From Octopus bimaculoides (Eukaryota), in assembly GCF_001194135.2 (NCBI RefSeq), contig NC_068984.1:111525893-111589892 (forward strand): a stretch of 64,000 bases of DNA. The letters run 5' to 3'. Made by a program: the position numbers and the translations under genes. The notes under the pieces were generated by a model. It ran no database searches. It was given only the letters and a program-made list of their open reading frames with translations, and was not told the origin of the DNA. Positions 61,434 to 64,000 of this stretch are shown in pieces; positions within the stretch are counted from its first letter, which is position 1, and the number at the start of each line of letters is the position of its first letter.

Positions 61434-62135
61434 GCGTTTGTAGATATGTGTATATATATGTATATGCGTTTGTAGATATGTGTATATATGTACATAAATA
61501 CATACATATATATATGTTTGCAAGTATGTATATAAAATGATTTAAATGCAAAAAATAAAAATAACAGAATCCAAACAATAATGAAATGAATCTTAAAAAG
61601 ACCTAATAAAACAAGCATATAATATGAAAAAAAAAAATGAAAACACAAACAAAAAAAATATTAAAAGTGATATTAACTCCCTAGAGATCAGACATTTAAG
61701 ACCCTTATGTTGATCAAGATGTCAAGCAAAAATAATTAATTGAAGTTCATAATGAACCAGTAACGAGGAGGTGGAAAGGCTTTTATTTTGTGTTTCAAGT
61801 GTGCATCATGGTTTATGTATATGTGTATGCAGATATGTGTGTGTATATATATATATATGTGTGTGTTTTTGCAAATATATGTGCATAGGTGCATTTATTA
61901 GTGTGCTCATTTATGTATGTGTGTGAATGTGTATATTAGTGTGTGTATCTGTATGTATATATGAGTGGAGTCAAGTTGAGTGAGTCTGTGCAAAATGTGT
62001 GTGTGCCATACTCCAAATAGTTTTATTTATATATTTATTTTTGTTGCTCAACTTTCCTTGATAACTTGCCAAATATATGCCAAAATATTCACTCTTTACC
62101 TTAAAAGAAGGTAATACATGTGTATATGTATGTAC

Positions 62136-62197
<62 letters not shown>

Positions 62198-62258
62198 NNN
62201 NNNNNNNNNNTGTATATATATATATATATATATATATATGTGCGCATAGATATATGTG

Positions 62259-62289
<31 letters not shown>

Positions 62290-63469
62290 ACACACACATA
62301 TATATTTACACACGTACTGATGTATACATATATTTATATACATATACACACATACATAGATATATGTAAAATATATGTAACTTTTATATCAATAAATAAG
62401 TTTACTAAAACAAAGGTAACAAAAAATTAAAACAAAATTAACAATAAACATGCATACACACATACACACACAGATACACAGACGATTACACACACACACA
62501 CACACAAGCTACTATACAATACATACATAGAAATTTCACAATAAAAATGAAAAATAAATCTATGAAAATTTATGGATATTAAAAATTAATTAACTCATGT
62601 ATTATTGTTGTTGTTGTTGTTGTTATCATTATTGTTTTTTTTTTTTGTTGATTTTGTTTCATTTCTCCAATATATTTATTTTACATCTCATTTTAATGGC
62701 TTATAAGAGTAATAAATTTGTTAAGTTTAAAATGTTATTTGGCTTTTAACATTAAATGTTAAATGCTTGTTTAACTGAAAGAAATCTANNNNNNNNNNNN
62801 NNNNNNNNNNNNNNNNNNNNNNNNNNNNNNNNNNNNNNNNNNNNNNNNNNNNNNNNNNNNNNNNNNNNNNNNNNNNNNNNNNNNNNNNNNNNNNNNNNNN
62901 NNNNNNNNNNNNNNNNNNNNNNNNNNNNNNNNNNNNNNNNNNNNNNNNNNNNNNNNNNNNNNNNNNNNNNNNNNNNNNNNNNNNNNNNNNNNNNNNNNNN
63001 NNNNNNNNNNNNNNNNNNNNNNNNNNNNNNNNNNNNNNNNNNNNNNNNNNNNNNNNNNNNNNNNNNNNNNNNNNNNNNNNNNNNNNNNNNNNNNNNNNNN
63101 NNNNNNNNNNNNNNNNNNNNNNNNNNNNNNNNNNNNNNNNNNNNNNNNNNNNNNNNNNNNNNNNNNNNNNNNNNNNNNNNNNNNNNNNNNNNNNNNNNNN
63201 NNNNNNNNNNNNNNNNNNNNNNNNNNNNNNNNNNNNNNNNNNNNNNNNNNNNNNNNNNNNNNNNNNNNNNNNNNNNNNNNNNNNNNNNNNNNNNNNNNNN
63301 NNNNNNNNNNNNNNNNNNNNNNNNNNNNNNNNNNNNNNNNNNNNNNNNNNNNNNNNNNNNNNNNNNNNNNNNNNNNNNNNNNNNNNNNNNNNNNNNNNNN
63401 NNNNNNNNNNNNNNNNNNNNNNNNNNNNNNNNNNNNNNNNNNNNNNNNNNNNNNNNNNNNNNNNNNNNN

Positions 63470-64000
63470 TGAATGTTTTTTAACATGTTACCTGCACAAG
63501 TGCCAGTAAGGTGACGCTGGTAACGATCACGCTTAAATGGTGCTATTTACATGCCACTGGCATGGAAGCCAGTCAGCTGCTCTGGCAATGATCATGCTCG
63601 GACAGTGCTGTTAGTGCTCCAGTGGCACGAGTGCCAGTCATCGAATATGGTTCAATTACGATTTCGATTTCACTTGCCTCNNNNNNNNNNACGCCAACCA
63701 CTCCAAGAGTGTAGTGGGTGCTTTTACGTGCCACTAGCACGAGGGCCAGTCAGGTGGTACTGGCGATGGCCATGCTCAAAATGGTGTTTTTTTACGTGCT
63801 GCCTGCACAGGAGCCAGTCCAGCGGCACTGGCAATGACCTCGCTTGAATGTTTTTTAACATGTTACCTGCACAAGTGCCAGTAAGGTGACGCTGGTAACG
63901 ATCACGCTTAAATGGTGCTATTTACATGCCACTGGCATGGAAGCCAGTCAGCTGCTCTGGCAATGATCATGCTCGGACAGTGCTGTTAGTGCTCCAGTGG
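63470..64000 (-). mobile_element. S3 SINE internal minisatellite region, with a 156-bp identical duplication across a 10-N gap
   Basis: Hairpin-forming units of about 60 bp. 63470-63625 equals 63845-64000 as read by eye. Confidence 0.8.

Noticed and set aside
1085-62430. Numerous ORFs rich in YI, CV, HT, poly-I/H/V or X
   Set aside because: They are translations of dinucleotide and trinucleotide microsatellites or N-gaps, with no coding signature.
63470-64000. CRISPR-like array of palindromic repeats; likewise the 18-bp x4 array at 45859
   Set aside because: Eukaryotic SINE-internal minisatellites: no unique spacers between identical repeats and no cas genes.

Overview
AT-rich, repeat-saturated eukaryotic DNA with about 18 N-gaps, most next to microsatellites. 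The repeat families strongly resemble those I recall from Octopus (coleoid cephalopod) assemblies; this is inference. No intact host protein-coding gene is recognisable. Almost every ORF in the track is a translated microsatellite, an N-gap or the antisense of a TE remnant. Supportable content: a Ty3/Gypsy remnant (LTR, PBS-like site, gag, zinc knuckles, protease, partial RT; about 25.0-27.2 kb); non-LTR remnants of the HERO, R4/Dong and RTE clades; three Tc1/mariner-superfamily remnants; dozens of tRNA-derived and RTE-tailed SINE copies; and a few weak candidate exons. The most striking structure is a set of short, mostly (TA)n-flanked fold-back elements from several unrelated families that carry type I minimal hammerhead-ribozyme (HHR) motifs with palindromic stem III. 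This is the hallmark of Penelope-like pLTRs and non-LTR retrozymes. At 39.85-40.46 kb a 348-nt terminally redundant monomer holds one HHR, and its inverted copy starts within 1 nt of the predicted cleavage site. A similar geometry occurs at 5.8 kb. All coordinates were counted by hand; boundaries of degraded repeats are approximate.
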